Shown here piece by piece: positions 35,658 through 46,342 of a DNA stretch of 64,000 nucleotides. The position numbers and the translations under genes were made by a program. How positions within the stretch are numbered: the first letter of the stretch is position 1; each line of letters begins with the position of its first letter. The DNA is from Candidatus Latescibacterota bacterium (GTDB lineage: Bacteria > Latescibacterota > UBA2968 > GCA-2709665), in assembly GCA_965205485.1 (NCBI GenBank), contig OZ242180.1, forward strand, positions 3,136,001 to 3,200,000, given 5' to 3'. Below the pieces are notes generated by a model. That model had not been told where the DNA came from. It did not search any database and saw only the letters and a program-made list of their open reading frames with translations.

Positions 35658-38060
35658 ATGTCTGGTCCGGCAATCGACCTCAAGAGACGGCCCTTCCCCG
35701 GGTTCCTGTGGGCTCTTGTCCTTGTCGTATACGTATGCGGCGCTGCACCGGCCCGGGCTGGCGCGCTTTCGCCCGGGGAGGTCGACGGGGTCTTTATCCG
35801 CAGCATGAAATCGGACCATCCCGATTCGATCAGGCTGGCGATCGGAAAACTGGAAGGCGCCCTGGATGCATATCCGAACCCGGCGCTGCTGCGCGTACGG
35901 ATCGGTATGCTCTATCTGAAGACGAAGGATACTCAGCGTGCGCGCGCGCGTTTCAGAGACGCTCTGGTCCAGGATTCAACGCTCGTTGCGGCGAGGTACG
36001 GACTGGGACGCGTATATCTGGAACTGATGAATAACCCCAGGCGGGCATTGAAGAACCTTGAACGCGCCATTCGCATCGACTCCTCCTACGCGGACGCCCA
36101 TCAGCTGATGGGACGCGCACACTTGAAAATGGGCAGGAAGGAGGAAGTGCTTGCCTCGGCGCGGGCGGCGCTCCGCCATGACCCGAACCATGCGCCGTCG
36201 TATATGCTGCTGGCCGACTACTATCTTTTGCGGGGGAACACGCCGGAAGCCATCCGGTATTTCCGGGAGTTTCTTTCGCACGAACCCGATGACGAGGAGT
36301 CGGCGTTCGACTTTGCGATGCATCTTCTGAAGATCGAGCGGTACGACGAAGTACTCCAACTGGCCGCGTTGATGGGCCGCGAGCGCGGCTTGCCCCTGGA
36401 GGCCCAGGTATTGGCCGCATGGGGGGACCACGAAGAGGCCCTTGGGGTGTTCGAGAGATATATCTCGCTTCTTCCTGCAAAGGAACGGTCGGCGTACTAC
36501 GATATCTCCAACGTCGGCGGACCGGAGGATGTCGCGGCCTACAGGAATACGCCGCCAGGAGAACGGGAGGCGTTCCTGAGGGGTTTCTGGCTCCAGCGCG
36601 ATCCGTTCCAGACGAGCGGCGGCGCGATGCGGCGCGTGGAGCATTACCGCCGCGTCTGGCGGGCAATGACGCTCTATGGCGAAATCGCCTGGCCCTTCGA
36701 TGCCCGGGGCCGCGTGTTCGTCAGGTACGGAGAGCCCGAATGGAAGTCCAGCTGGAAGCAAGTCAACGCTCAGGTTCCCATCAAGGTGCAGCGCGTACAG
36801 GAAAAACTCGCGTTTCAGCTCTACGGAAGGCGCGGAATGGACATGACGTTCATCGGCCCCGTGTATCCCATCCGGTCGGACCGTTCGGCTGAAAAAAGGC
36901 TTTCCCAGACGGAGTGGCGGACCAACAGCAAGCCGTTGGGCGGCCCTGAGGAAATCGACGTGGGACTCACGTTCTACAAGCCGGTCACCACGAGCATGGA
37001 CTACTCGAGGGTGGGTTGGGAGGTCTGGGTTTACGCGGACATCGAGAACGGTCTGGAGGTCGTGTTTACGGATGAACTCTACAGCGGCATCTTCGATTTC
37101 GCACCTGAGCCCACGCCGGACGGGTACGATCTGGATGAACTCTCCATGCAGCGTATGGGCCCGATGCGCCGCCTGATGACGCGGTTGCCGAACCTGGCGC
37201 CCGGCGCCCGGGTGGCGAGAATCTCGAAGGATCTGCCGGAGCGGTACGACCTGTCCCATCTGGATCCCATGGAATTCTACTATGAAGCGCTTTCGTTCCG
37301 GGGACGCAACGGGGAAGCGGACCTCCAGCTGAATCTGGGACTGCCGCTGGACAACGTCCTGGTGGACGGCGACCGCGACACAACCGTGACTCTGGAGAGG
37401 CGCATCGCGTTGATCGAAGACCGGACCGAGGAGGTTCGGAAGACCCGCGACCGGCTGGACCTGCGGATATCACCGTCATCACGAGGGGCAGGATTGCTGG
37501 CCGTGGACCGGGTCGACCTGACCGCGCCGCCGGGCGCCTATCGGCTGGCTCTGCAGATGTCCAGGCTGAATACGAACCGGCTTCAGGCGTATCACCAGGA
37601 GGTCGAAGTTCCCGACTACGATGGCGGGGAGTTGCTCCTCAGCGATCTTCAGATTGCGTACCGGGTCGACGAGGCCGGCCCGGGCTCCGACCCGAAGTCA
37701 GTCCGCGGGCAATGGCAGATCGCCGCGGCGCCGTCCCGGGCTTTTCGGTCCGGCGAACCGGTTTACGTCTATTTCGAGATATACAATCTGACGCGGGATT
37801 CCTTCGGAAATACACGTTACGAGGTGGGGTACGAAGTGCGCCGCGGACGTAAGAAACTGAAAACGCTTGCCCGGAAGGGATCGGGCGAAATGGTCTCGGT
37901 CAGCTACAGGCAGGTCGGCACCTCGCCCGATGAGTCCGACTACGTCGAATTGGATCTACGTAAGGGCAGACCGGGTCGATATCGGGTGAAGATGACGGTG
38001 AAGGATCTCGTTAGCGATCGGCAGACGGTTCGAGAGGGTCGTTTTCAGATCCTGGAATAA
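35658..38060 (+). CDS. Exported TPR + GWxTD-like domain protein (paralog A)
   Basis: Signal peptide, several TPRs, FWLQRDP...EHYRRVWRA...DARGRVFVRYGEP, WEVWVY, C-terminal Ig-like LSDLQ...VYFEIYNL...PGRY. Confidence 0.82.
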   Translation: MSGPAIDLKRRPFPGFLWALVLVVYVCGAAPARAGALSPGEVDGVFIRSMKSDHPDSIRLAIGKLEGALDAYPNPALLRVRIGMLYLKTKDTQRARARFRDALVQDSTLVAARYGLGRVYLELMNNPRRALKNLERAIRIDSSYADAHQLMGRAHLKMGRKEEVLASARAALRHDPNHAPSYMLLADYYLLRGNTPEAIRYFREFLSHEPDDEESAFDFAMHLLKIERYDEVLQLAALMGRERGLPLEAQVLAAWGDHEEALGVFERYISLLPAKERSAYYDISNVGGPEDVAAYRNTPPGEREAFLRGFWLQRDPFQTSGGAMRRVEHYRRVWRAMTLYGEIAWPFDARGRVFVRYGEPEWKSSWKQVNAQVPIKVQRVQEKLAFQLYGRRGMDMTFIGPVYPIRSDRSAEKRLSQTEWRTNSKPLGGPEEIDVGLTFYKPVTTSMDYSRVGWEVWVYADIENGLEVVFTDELYSGIFDFAPEPTPDGYDLDELSMQRMGPMRRLMTRLPNLAPGARVARISKDLPERYDLSHLDPMEFYYEALSFRGRNGEADLQLNLGLPLDNVLVDGDRDTTVTLERRIALIEDRTEEVRKTRDRLDLRISPSSRGAGLLAVDRVDLTAPPGAYRLALQMSRLNTNRLQAYHQEVEVPDYDGGELLLSDLQIAYRVDEAGPGSDPKSVRGQWQIAAAPSRAFRSGEPVYVYFEIYNLTRDSFGNTRYEVGYEVRRGRKKLKTLARKGSGEMVSVSYRQVGTSPDESDYVELDLRKGRPGRYRVKMTVKDLVSDRQTVREGRFQILE

Positions 38061-38095
38061 AAGCAGTGCGTCCCAGACCGGCCGATAAAAAAAAC

Positions 38096-38124
38096 TTGAC
38101 AAATTCATTTGCGCCAACTAAATT
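38096..38124 (+). promoter_or_regulatory. Sigma70-type promoter of the OMP-TBDR-CTD-PorV operon
   Basis: A-tract followed by TTGACA-N17-TAAATT. Confidence 0.6.
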
Positions 38125-38420
38125 TTATGGAATCATTAAAAAACAGGGGAAGTGCGCCAAAATTAAATCATCACGCGTAATCGGTTTTTCGAATGTATTA
38201 TTTACTGCACATGCCAATGTTTGGCGAACACCGGGGCGTAATCCCATGATTCATTCAATCATGTTCTGGATTGTGCCCCTTTTTGTTAACCGGGCCAGGG
38301 AAGAAAGGAGGTCAGCTATCGAGACGAGAGGAGTCTGCTTCGCAAATTCCGTTCGTGGGACGACGTGATGGGCGGAGGGGGGTTTCCGCATCGTTCACTC
38401 TCAGATGGGGAGGTGAGTAG

Positions 38421-39140
38421 ATGAAAGTTGTGCGTATTGCTTTTCTGGCCGTTTTTGCGCTGGTGGCAGCGGGTCTGTCTGACAGCGCATTGGCCCAGGA
38501 AGGCAGATGGGCGGTTGGCGGGATCGCCGATTACAATATCCCGATGCATCGGCTCGGGGAACGCTGGGACGCCACCGGCAAATACGGAGCGACGTTAAGC
38601 TACGTGGCCAGCCAGCGCACCGTTATCGAAGTCGAGTACAATTACTCGAAGTTCACCAACGGGAAGCCGGCGGCGGATCCCTGGGTTTACCCGATCGACG
38701 AGCAGGAATACACCCACCCGAACGGCCGGTCCGAAATCACGTGGAACAACCTGATCGTGAACGGCCTGCTTTTCGTTGGCGAGGAGAACTCCACGCACGG
38801 GTTCAAAGCCAGGGATTACAGATATTATCTCCTGGTTGGCGGCGGTCTCTATCGCTATTACGCGATCAACAGCAACCTGGTTTATTCCCGCCAGACGAAC
38901 GACCCTATTGATCTGGACTTCGTCATGGAAGACCAGGTCGATCAGCGATACACCATTGGCGCCAATGCCGGCGTGGGCGTCGAGGGATTCGTCACCCAGA
39001 ACCTGGCCGTCGACCTGCGCGCGCGATACAACTTTGTTGTGGGTGAATTGCGCAATATGCTCTTCTACGGGCTGGAGAAGGTGCGCCCCATGCACATGGT
39101 CGACGTGGGCGCGCAGATCAAGTTTTACTTCTGGCGTTAA
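38421..39140 (+). CDS. Outer-membrane beta-barrel protein (8-stranded OmpA/PorT-like)
   Basis: GGAGGT RBS, signal peptide ALA-Q, alternating strands, YLLVGGGLY, GANAGVGVE, terminal KFYFWR. Confidence 0.8.
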   Translation: MKVVRIAFLAVFALVAAGLSDSALAQEGRWAVGGIADYNIPMHRLGERWDATGKYGATLSYVASQRTVIEVEYNYSKFTNGKPAADPWVYPIDEQEYTHPNGRSEITWNNLIVNGLLFVGEENSTHGFKARDYRYYLLVGGGLYRYYAINSNLVYSRQTNDPIDLDFVMEDQVDQRYTIGANAGVGVEGFVTQNLAVDLRARYNFVVGELRNMLFYGLEKVRPMHMVDVGAQIKFYFWR

Positions 39141-39183
39141 TATAAAGCAGCCGGGGTAACAACTCTACGAAGGAGGTATCACA

Positions 39184-42100
39184 ATGAAGCGTAAGCTTCT
39201 GCTTTTTGGAATCGCATTTGCCGTTGCGGCCGTCGGTTTTATTGCCGGCGAGTTGCAGGCGGGCGTCACGGGCAAGATCAACGGCGTGGTACGCGACCAG
39301 GCCGGCGAAGTCCTGCCCGGCGCCAACGTTGTGATCAAGGAGCTCAATCTGGGTTCCACGGCCGATGCCGACGGGTATTACGTCATCATCAATATCCCGC
39401 CAGGTGTCTATACCCTTTCAGCGTCCCTTATCGGATACGAGACCGTGTCGCAGACCGGCGTGGACGTAACGTCGGACCATACCACCACCATCAATTATAA
39501 TTTGAAAGAGACCGCCCTCGAGCTGGGCGAGTTGGTGGTTACGGCGGGCCGTCCGCTGGTGGAGCCCGACAAGACCACCAGCAAGTACACGGTGACGCTC
39601 GAAGAAACCGAGAGGAACCTGGCGGCCGCGCGCAGGACGTCCGAATTGCTGCAGTTGCAGCCCGGCGTGGCGGTTGACGGGTCCAACCGGATTCGCGGCG
39701 CCTACGTCGACGCCGGCTGGTACGCGAGCGACGTTGCGTACGTGGTGGACGGCGTCCGGATGAACCACAACGACGGCCGCGGGCGCGGCGGGCGCTACCG
39801 CCAGGTGAACCGGGGCGCCATCCAGGAATTGTCGGTGCTCACGGGCGTAACCCCCGCTGAATACGGCAATGCCCAGGGCGGCGTGGTCCAGATCATCACC
39901 AAGGAAGGCGGCGGCGAGGTGAACGGCTGGGGCGAGTTCCGCTACGAGCCCGCCGGCAAGAAGCACTGGGGCGAGAACGTCTACGACTCCCCGCAGCACC
40001 AGGACAAGGTGCAATGGGACAATCCCATCTGGGCCAACGAGAAATATCCGGACCTTTCGGACAAGATCAACCATCCCATTTTTGAAGAGATCGCGGGCGA
40101 GCTCATTCACGTCCGGACGAACTATACGGAATGGACCGGGTTTGGCGTTGAAGGCAATCTGTCCGGCCCGATTGGTGACAGGGCGTCCTTCGTGGCCACG
40201 GCCAAGCACGAACGCTATGCGGCCGTCACGCCTCGGGCCGAACGCATCGGTTTCTACAACGACCGCGGAAGCTTCCAGGACGACCCGGGCAACCTCAACG
40301 TTTCCGGGAGCATTACCATCAAGCCCACCGCCAATCTCAAGTTGAAAATCGGCGGGATGTATCTGGGTTGGGACTGGTATTCAAACGGCAATCCTGACCT
40401 CTTCGGCGGGCGTCATGGCAGCGGCGGCGGCGCGATGGTGCGCGGCTCCGGGCGCAACCTGTTCCTGCCCGAGAAGTGGTCGGCGGCAGGACTGCACGAC
40501 CTCAGGGAAGAGCTGCAGTACGCGGTGTTTACGCACACGCTGTCCCCGAGGACGTTCTACGAAGTACGGGTTTCGCATTCCCGCTCGAAGATGGATACCC
40601 TCAGTGGCACGCATGACGTAACCGGCGAAATCTTCCGGGACCAGGCGGGTTGGTTCAACATCGGCCGGCAGGCCGCCCGATACGGCCAGTACGACAGGCA
40701 GCGCATCGGGGCCAAGGTCGACCTGTCGTCCCAGATTACCAAAGGGAACTTCATGAAGGCGGGGGTCGAGTACCAGACCAGCGCCATCACGATGATTCTG
40801 CGGTACGACACAACCCCGGCCGCACGTAATCTGCGGGTGATCATGGATGAGGGTCAGATGGGCGAAAAGGTCAAGCCCTTCTTCCTGAACGCCTACCTCC
40901 AGGACAAAATGGAATTCCAGGGGATGATCGTCAACCTGGGCGTCCGCCTGGATACGTTCAACCCGAACTCGCGCCAGCTGACCTTCGGCGCGTACCGCGG
41001 GAGTTCCATGTTCCGCTATTATACCCGGGCGCGCGACTGGGCGTACCAGGAAGGCTCCCTGTGGGTCACGGACGCGCCCTGGCACGTGAAGTTCAGCCCG
41101 CGGATCGGCGTTTCGCACCCGATCACGGAGCGGTCGCAGATGCGGTTCTCCACGGGCGTGTTCCTCCAGTGGGCCGACCTCTGGTATTACTTCGGAGAGG
41201 ACTACTGGACCTCCGGCGACGCCGGCGACCGCGACGTGAACGAGAACGGACGCATCGACGCCACCGAGCGGATGAACAACTTCCGCACCACCTATTCGGG
41301 CCAGAACGGGCTGCATCTGCTGCAACCCGCCAAGACCACGGCCTTCGAGGTGGGCGCCGACTGGAACTTCGTGAGCGACTACACCGCCACGTTGACCGCG
41401 TATTACAAGAGCGAGGTGGACCACTTCACCTCGTATCCCAACGAGACGTGGGTCGGTCCCAGGGACTTCTGGATTCCCTATTCGCGGACCCTGGACAACG
41501 GCGCGTACGGTGACACCCGCGGCGTGGAACTGTCCATGCGCAAATCCTTCTCGCACAACTTCTCATTCAACGTTTCCTATAACTACCAGTGGTCGCAGAT
41601 CACCACGGGCAAGCTGGGCAACGTGATCCGCAACGTGTACATGGACTCGGCAACGGTGGTCCATCTCTCCACAACCAACGCGTTTACGGACCGCGGCATT
41701 ACCGTTCCCAATTTCTGGATTTACTGGGACGCGCTTCCGGACGGCAGCGAGGCGCCTCGCCGGCTGACCGGCGACGACCTGGTCAAGTACGCGCAGCAGG
41801 GCCAGAATTTCCACGATGGCGCGCGCGCGAAGGGCGGCCAGTTGGGCACGGGCGTGTGGGATGGCCTCCGGCCGGTCGACAATCCCGCCCTGGGGAACTG
41901 CGGTCCGAATTGTTCGGTCAAGATCAACTCGGGCAGCTATACCACGCTGTTCTTCCGTCCCAAGAGCGGCGACCGCCGGAACTTCGGAAGCTTCTCGCTG
42001 TTGGCGTCCTTCCCGGACGATTTCGAGTTCGGCCATTCCTTTGTGGGGACCGTGCTCAAGAATCTCCGGCTGAACGTCACCTCCCGCATCCAGACGGGCG

Positions 42101-42417
42101 GCATCTTCAACTACGCCCCGCCTGAAGGCGGCAACCGGTACTACCGCGACCGCGCCCTGGATTCGCGGACGGACCTGGCCGTCGAAAAGACGTTCAACGT
42201 GACCGGCAGGGTGCAACCCACGCTCTTCGCCGATATCCGCAACGTCTTCAACCAGAAGGACCGTACCAGTCCGTCGAACAGTAACCTCTGGGCGTACATC
42301 GGACTGGACGGGCCGACGCCGGACGACAAGAATTACCGGTTGTACGGCGACAGCCGGGATCGGTCTTACGCGCATTCGCCGCGTCTTGCCCAGTTCGGGC
42401 TGCGCGTTAACTGGTAA
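39184..42417 (+). CDS. Large TonB-dependent receptor
   Basis: AAGGAGGT RBS; GVTGKINGVVRD..GEVLPGANV, plug LQPGV...AEYGNAQGGVV, YLQDKMEF.GMIVNLGVRLD, FSPRIGVSHPIT, PRLAQFGLRVNW. Confidence 0.92.
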   Translation: MKRKLLLFGIAFAVAAVGFIAGELQAGVTGKINGVVRDQAGEVLPGANVVIKELNLGSTADADGYYVIINIPPGVYTLSASLIGYETVSQTGVDVTSDHTTTINYNLKETALELGELVVTAGRPLVEPDKTTSKYTVTLEETERNLAAARRTSELLQLQPGVAVDGSNRIRGAYVDAGWYASDVAYVVDGVRMNHNDGRGRGGRYRQVNRGAIQELSVLTGVTPAEYGNAQGGVVQIITKEGGGEVNGWGEFRYEPAGKKHWGENVYDSPQHQDKVQWDNPIWANEKYPDLSDKINHPIFEEIAGELIHVRTNYTEWTGFGVEGNLSGPIGDRASFVATAKHERYAAVTPRAERIGFYNDRGSFQDDPGNLNVSGSITIKPTANLKLKIGGMYLGWDWYSNGNPDLFGGRHGSGGGAMVRGSGRNLFLPEKWSAAGLHDLREELQYAVFTHTLSPRTFYEVRVSHSRSKMDTLSGTHDVTGEIFRDQAGWFNIGRQAARYGQYDRQRIGAKVDLSSQITKGNFMKAGVEYQTSAITMILRYDTTPAARNLRVIMDEGQMGEKVKPFFLNAYLQDKMEFQGMIVNLGVRLDTFNPNSRQLTFGAYRGSSMFRYYTRARDWAYQEGSLWVTDAPWHVKFSPRIGVSHPITERSQMRFSTGVFLQWADLWYYFGEDYWTSGDAGDRDVNENGRIDATERMNNFRTTYSGQNGLHLLQPAKTTAFEVGADWNFVSDYTATLTAYYKSEVDHFTSYPNETWVGPRDFWIPYSRTLDNGAYGDTRGVELSMRKSFSHNFSFNVSYNYQWSQITTGKLGNVIRNVYMDSATVVHLSTTNAFTDRGITVPNFWIYWDALPDGSEAPRRLTGDDLVKYAQQGQNFHDGARAKGGQLGTGVWDGLRPVDNPALGNCGPNCSVKINSGSYTTLFFRPKSGDRRNFGSFSLLASFPDDFEFGHSFVGTVLKNLRLNVTSRIQTGGIFNYAPPEGGNRYYRDRALDSRTDLAVEKTFNVTGRVQPTLFADIRNVFNQKDRTSPSNSNLWAYIGLDGPTPDDKNYRLYGDSRDRSYAHSPRLAQFGLRVNW

Positions 42418-42494
42418 GGTAGTGGCGTGCCGGAAGCGACAATGCTTCCGGCACGTCTGCTCCGCATTGCTTTCGAATGGAGGCAGAGAAGGAT

Positions 42495-44966
42495 ATGAAA
42501 CGATTGAATTTCATTGTTAAGGGGCTGGTTGCAGTCGCTTGCCTTGCGCTGGTTACGGTTGTTTTTCAGCCAGTCCCGGTCGATGCGCAGGCCACTCCGG
42601 ATAATATCTCCAGCAGGTACAACCTGCGGTCGCTGATATCGAACAGCTATAACAACATCGGCGGCATGGGCGGCAACCAGGAGTGGGGGCGCGGCTACAG
42701 ACGTAACGCATATCCCTGGAACGGCAACGGCCCGGGTTCGTTCGGCGCCGTGCTCTCCCAGTTCACGTCCAACCAGAAGTCGCAGATGTACAATGACTAC
42801 AAGGTCTCGGGCGGCGAGGGCATCTGGATCCTGAACGCCGACCGCGGCACGGTCACGGTAACGGGACCTCGTGAGAACCTGCAGATCGTGGAACACAACC
42901 AGGCGTTCCCCTACGATCCCGTGGGCAATCCCGAGGAGAACTGGGGACAGCCCAATCCGCTGAACCAGCTCGCCGAGTTGCCGAACAGCGCGATCTCGCC
43001 GGGTGAACAGGGCGCTGGGGGTTCCCTGTCCAATTACTGGCCGGGTGTCACCGCCGACGATCCGGGCAGCATCTATGGGGCGAACTGGGACCCGGTTAGC
43101 ACACCGCCGGCCCACATCGCCAACTTCAACCTTGGCGCGCATAACCTGGTGGACGTAACCATTCCGGAAGAGACCATCATCGCCCAGTGGATCGACAAAC
43201 AGAACGGTTTGCTGATGCAGCGGCGCGTATACAGCTGGTCCAACCCGGATTTCGACGACTTCTACATCGTGGACCTTACCTTCAAGAACATCGGAGACTT
43301 CGATGGTGACGGCGTAGGTGAAGCGCCGGGACCCATCAATAACCTCTACATTGCGTTCAAGAACGTGGCGGCCATGACGGCTATGGGCATCCTCGAAGAG
43401 TTCGGATGGAACTTCTACGCGTCCAACGCCCGCGGCATGGACGATACGTTGTGGTTTACGGAGGCCGACGGCTATCCGAATGCATTTTCCGCGAACGGGG
43501 CGTTCGCGGGCGAAGATATGCGGGCGGTCATCCGGAGAGACTCAGACAACCCGTTCTCCTCGCACGACGACACGGGCGATCCGTTTTTCAAGGCGATCGT
43601 GCCTTCCAACTACAATATTCTGCAGACGGAAGGCCAGCCGAGGGCGCCAAGCACCTATTTCATGGCGCCGGTCGCCTACGCCGACGACGCGGGCAAGTTC
43701 TCGTTCAACGAAGCCGACCGCGGGAAATACGTACAGCCTGGCGAAGACATGCAGCCGCGTTCGTTCCAGTGGTGGCTGGCGCGTTCCACGGGTGACTTCG
43801 ACGACCCCACCTATACAACGCACAGCGCCGCCGAGTTGGCCAGCGTCATAACGACGACGGGCTTTCAGGCCAATCCGGACGAGGGCGACATCTCCACGCG
43901 CAAGGTGTTCCACGACATGACCGTCTACGGGCCCTACAACGTGGGCGTGGATGAGACCGTCAAGCTCGTGTTTTCCTGGGGAGCCGGCCACCCGTCCTTG
44001 CTTGCGCCGATTCCCGCCAACGAGCAGGACATCGGACTCATAAAGTGGGACCGGTCCAGCGACAGTCCCGAGAACAAGATTCAGAAAATCAAGACCGACG
44101 GCGAGAAGGCAGCCCTGGAGAATCTAAAGTTGGCCCACTGGGTATATGACAACAACTACCAGGTGCCGGCCTCGCCCACCGAGGCGTACATTTCCGCCGA
44201 CAACCTCACGTCTTCCACCAAGGCCAAGCAGTTGATCCGGTGGGGCAGGGAGTCCGAGTCCGCGGTCAACCCGTACACGGGCGAGCAGGATGTCCTCGGC
44301 GTCCGCCTGTACAAGTCGGAGTGGTTCTCCTGGGGTCCCTGGGAGCTGTACGGGATCATCGAGAACGGTTCCAGCGGGTCTTCGGTCAGCCCGGCGGGAC
44401 TGCCTCGGGGCGAATGGGGCATCAATGCCAACGGCGTCTATGAATACGAAGACCTGGAGACCACGGCCGGCTTTTCCTACTTCTACTCCGCGCGTCCGTA
44501 TGCCAGGGGCGTGGACTCGTACACGTGGAACAGCGGGATGACCATCGACGACATCCCCAGCGATCGCGTGCAGAACAATATCCGGAGAGGATATGAAAGC
44601 GGCTGGGGTCCGTCCACGGCCAGGACCTACGACGGCGACAACCGCAAGCCGTTCCAGGCCCTGTTGTCCGGTCTTCCAGACGAGGTGCTCATCGTTCCGA
44701 ATCCGTATTACGTGGACGGCGTGCACCAGTATCCCAACTCCCGCAACCTTCGCATCGTGGGCCTGACCTCGGACGCGATCATTCACATTTACTCGGCTTC
44801 CGGCGACCGTGTGGAAACAACCGACCGGACCCCGCTCACAAAGGGCGAAACCGAGTTCCGTCAGATCTCGTTCAATATCGCCGGCGAAGTGCAGACCGGT
44901 CTGTACTACTTCGTTGTCGTATCCGGCGGAGAGACCCGAAAAGGCAGCTTCGTGCTGATCAAGTAG
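42495..44966 (+). CDS. Secreted protein of unknown function with T9SS-like C-terminal sorting domain
   Basis: Signal peptide VDA-Q; FnIII-like segment; tail VLIVPNPY...IHIYSASGDRV...VQTGLYYFVV...KGSFVLIK. Confidence 0.75.
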   Translation: MKRLNFIVKGLVAVACLALVTVVFQPVPVDAQATPDNISSRYNLRSLISNSYNNIGGMGGNQEWGRGYRRNAYPWNGNGPGSFGAVLSQFTSNQKSQMYNDYKVSGGEGIWILNADRGTVTVTGPRENLQIVEHNQAFPYDPVGNPEENWGQPNPLNQLAELPNSAISPGEQGAGGSLSNYWPGVTADDPGSIYGANWDPVSTPPAHIANFNLGAHNLVDVTIPEETIIAQWIDKQNGLLMQRRVYSWSNPDFDDFYIVDLTFKNIGDFDGDGVGEAPGPINNLYIAFKNVAAMTAMGILEEFGWNFYASNARGMDDTLWFTEADGYPNAFSANGAFAGEDMRAVIRRDSDNPFSSHDDTGDPFFKAIVPSNYNILQTEGQPRAPSTYFMAPVAYADDAGKFSFNEADRGKYVQPGEDMQPRSFQWWLARSTGDFDDPTYTTHSAAELASVITTTGFQANPDEGDISTRKVFHDMTVYGPYNVGVDETVKLVFSWGAGHPSLLAPIPANEQDIGLIKWDRSSDSPENKIQKIKTDGEKAALENLKLAHWVYDNNYQVPASPTEAYISADNLTSSTKAKQLIRWGRESESAVNPYTGEQDVLGVRLYKSEWFSWGPWELYGIIENGSSGSSVSPAGLPRGEWGINANGVYEYEDLETTAGFSYFYSARPYARGVDSYTWNSGMTIDDIPSDRVQNNIRRGYESGWGPSTARTYDGDNRKPFQALLSGLPDEVLIVPNPYYVDGVHQYPNSRNLRIVGLTSDAIIHIYSASGDRVETTDRTPLTKGETEFRQISFNIAGEVQTGLYYFVVVSGGETRKGSFVLIK

Positions 44967-44991
44967 CGGGCTTAAACTAGGAGGAAATGAC

Positions 44992-45984
44992 GTGAAAAGA
45001 AGCATGCTAATCATTGCGTCGGTCTTGGCCCTGCTGCTTGCCGCTTCACCGGCTTTGGCCGTGAAGTGGGGCGGGGTGACCGGTGAGTACGGTGTCAAGA
45101 AAGTCAATATCTCCGGGATGCAGTTCCTGAAGATCGGCCAGGGTGCCCGCGCCGTGGGTATGGGCGACGCGTTTACCGCGGTCGCCGACGACATCAACGC
45201 GATCTTCTGGAACGGCGCGGGGCTGGTACACGTGGAACGCGTGGCCTACCAGGCGAACTGGACGCGTTTCCTGCTCGACACCCAGCTCTACTCGGCCACG
45301 GCCGTCTGGAACACGCGTTCGGCCAGGGGAGAGGTGCTTGGGATTTCGGTGATTTCGCACAACCCGAAGCCCTCGAAGGAAACCACGATCTATCAGCCCA
45401 ACGGAACCGGGCAGGACGTGGTCGTACACAATATCTCCGTCGGCCTGCTATATGCGATCAAGTTCACCGACAAGTTCTCGTTCAGCGCCAAGGCGAACTA
45501 CGTCCAGGAGAAGCTCTACACGGTGAAGACCACGGGCTTCACGGTGGACGTGGGCAGCTTTTTCTACACGGGCTTCAGAAGCCTGCGTATCGCGATGGCG
45601 TTCAAGAATTTCGGACCTGACCGCAAGTCGGGCGACCGGGCATATCTGCTGCCGCTCGTCTACAATATCGGCGTGGCTGCCGAAGTCTACGGCGAAAAGG
45701 GCGATCCGTCCTACCTCACCGCATCCGTGGAGAGCGCGTTCTTCGTGGACTTCGAGCAGCGCTGGCATTTCGGTGCTGAGTTGTGGCTGCAGAATGCGCT
45801 CGCGTTGCGCGCCGGTTGGAAGTGGAATTACGACCTCGAGAGCATCGCCGTGGGCGCCGGCCTGAAGCAGACCTTCGGTGGACGCACGATCACGGCCGAT
45901 GTGGCGGTGTCGCTCCTGCAGAAAAACGACGGCGTCGTTATGTTCGATCCGCCGATCCGCGTATCTGTTGGCGGCACGTTCTAG
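44992..45984 (+). CDS. PorV/PorQ (UPF0164) family outer-membrane protein
   Basis: QFLKIGQGARAVGMGDAFTAVADDINAIFWN.AGL, LALRAGW, terminal F. Confidence 0.88.
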   Translation: MKRSMLIIASVLALLLAASPALAVKWGGVTGEYGVKKVNISGMQFLKIGQGARAVGMGDAFTAVADDINAIFWNGAGLVHVERVAYQANWTRFLLDTQLYSATAVWNTRSARGEVLGISVISHNPKPSKETTIYQPNGTGQDVVVHNISVGLLYAIKFTDKFSFSAKANYVQEKLYTVKTTGFTVDVGSFFYTGFRSLRIAMAFKNFGPDRKSGDRAYLLPLVYNIGVAAEVYGEKGDPSYLTASVESAFFVDFEQRWHFGAELWLQNALALRAGWKWNYDLESIAVGAGLKQTFGGRTITADVAVSLLQKNDGVVMFDPPIRVSVGGTF

Positions 45985-46053
45985 CGGTGCCATTCCAAAG
46001 CGTTGGAGCCGATCGATTCTGACGTAATCCGGCGCTTTGTCGGCGTAAGAACC

Positions 46054-46101
46054 GACGGGCGGCGACCGGGACTCTGAGCCCGGTTGCCGCCCGTTCTTTT
46101 T
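46054..46101 (+). terminator. Strong intrinsic terminator after the PorV-like gene
   Basis: GACGGGCGGCGACCGGG-loop-CCCGGTTGCCGCCCGTT then CTTTTT. Confidence 0.85.
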
Positions 46102-46298
46102 GGTCAGGTTGTCGGCAGTAAGCGATCCGACCGGCATGGAAATTTACAGCAGCCTGCTTTTGGACGGATGGCTCCAACCCGGTTTGACGGTAGTCGGCTG
46201 TGCGCACGCCCTTTCGCACCGATACTTTCTGTGCTTTTTGTGGCCAATTTATCGGTTGTCTTTTTTTCGAATTGAGGTTAATCACTCGCCGTCGAAAT

Positions 46299-46323
46299 GT
46301 AGGGGCGTCCCTCGTGGCCGCCC
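46299..46323 (+). repeat. GTAG-family REP
   Basis: GTAGGGGCGTCCCTCGTGGCCGCCC. Confidence 0.8.
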
Positions 46324-46342
46324 GGGCAGATTGAAGAAACAT

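Noticed and set aside
38066..38368. 100-aa ORF in the intergenic leader
   Set aside because: Overlaps the promoter, AT-rich atypical codons, no RBS.
39418..45197. Series of long minus-strand ORFs over the TBDR and cargo genes
   Set aside because: Shadow ORFs caused by strong codon bias on the coding strand.
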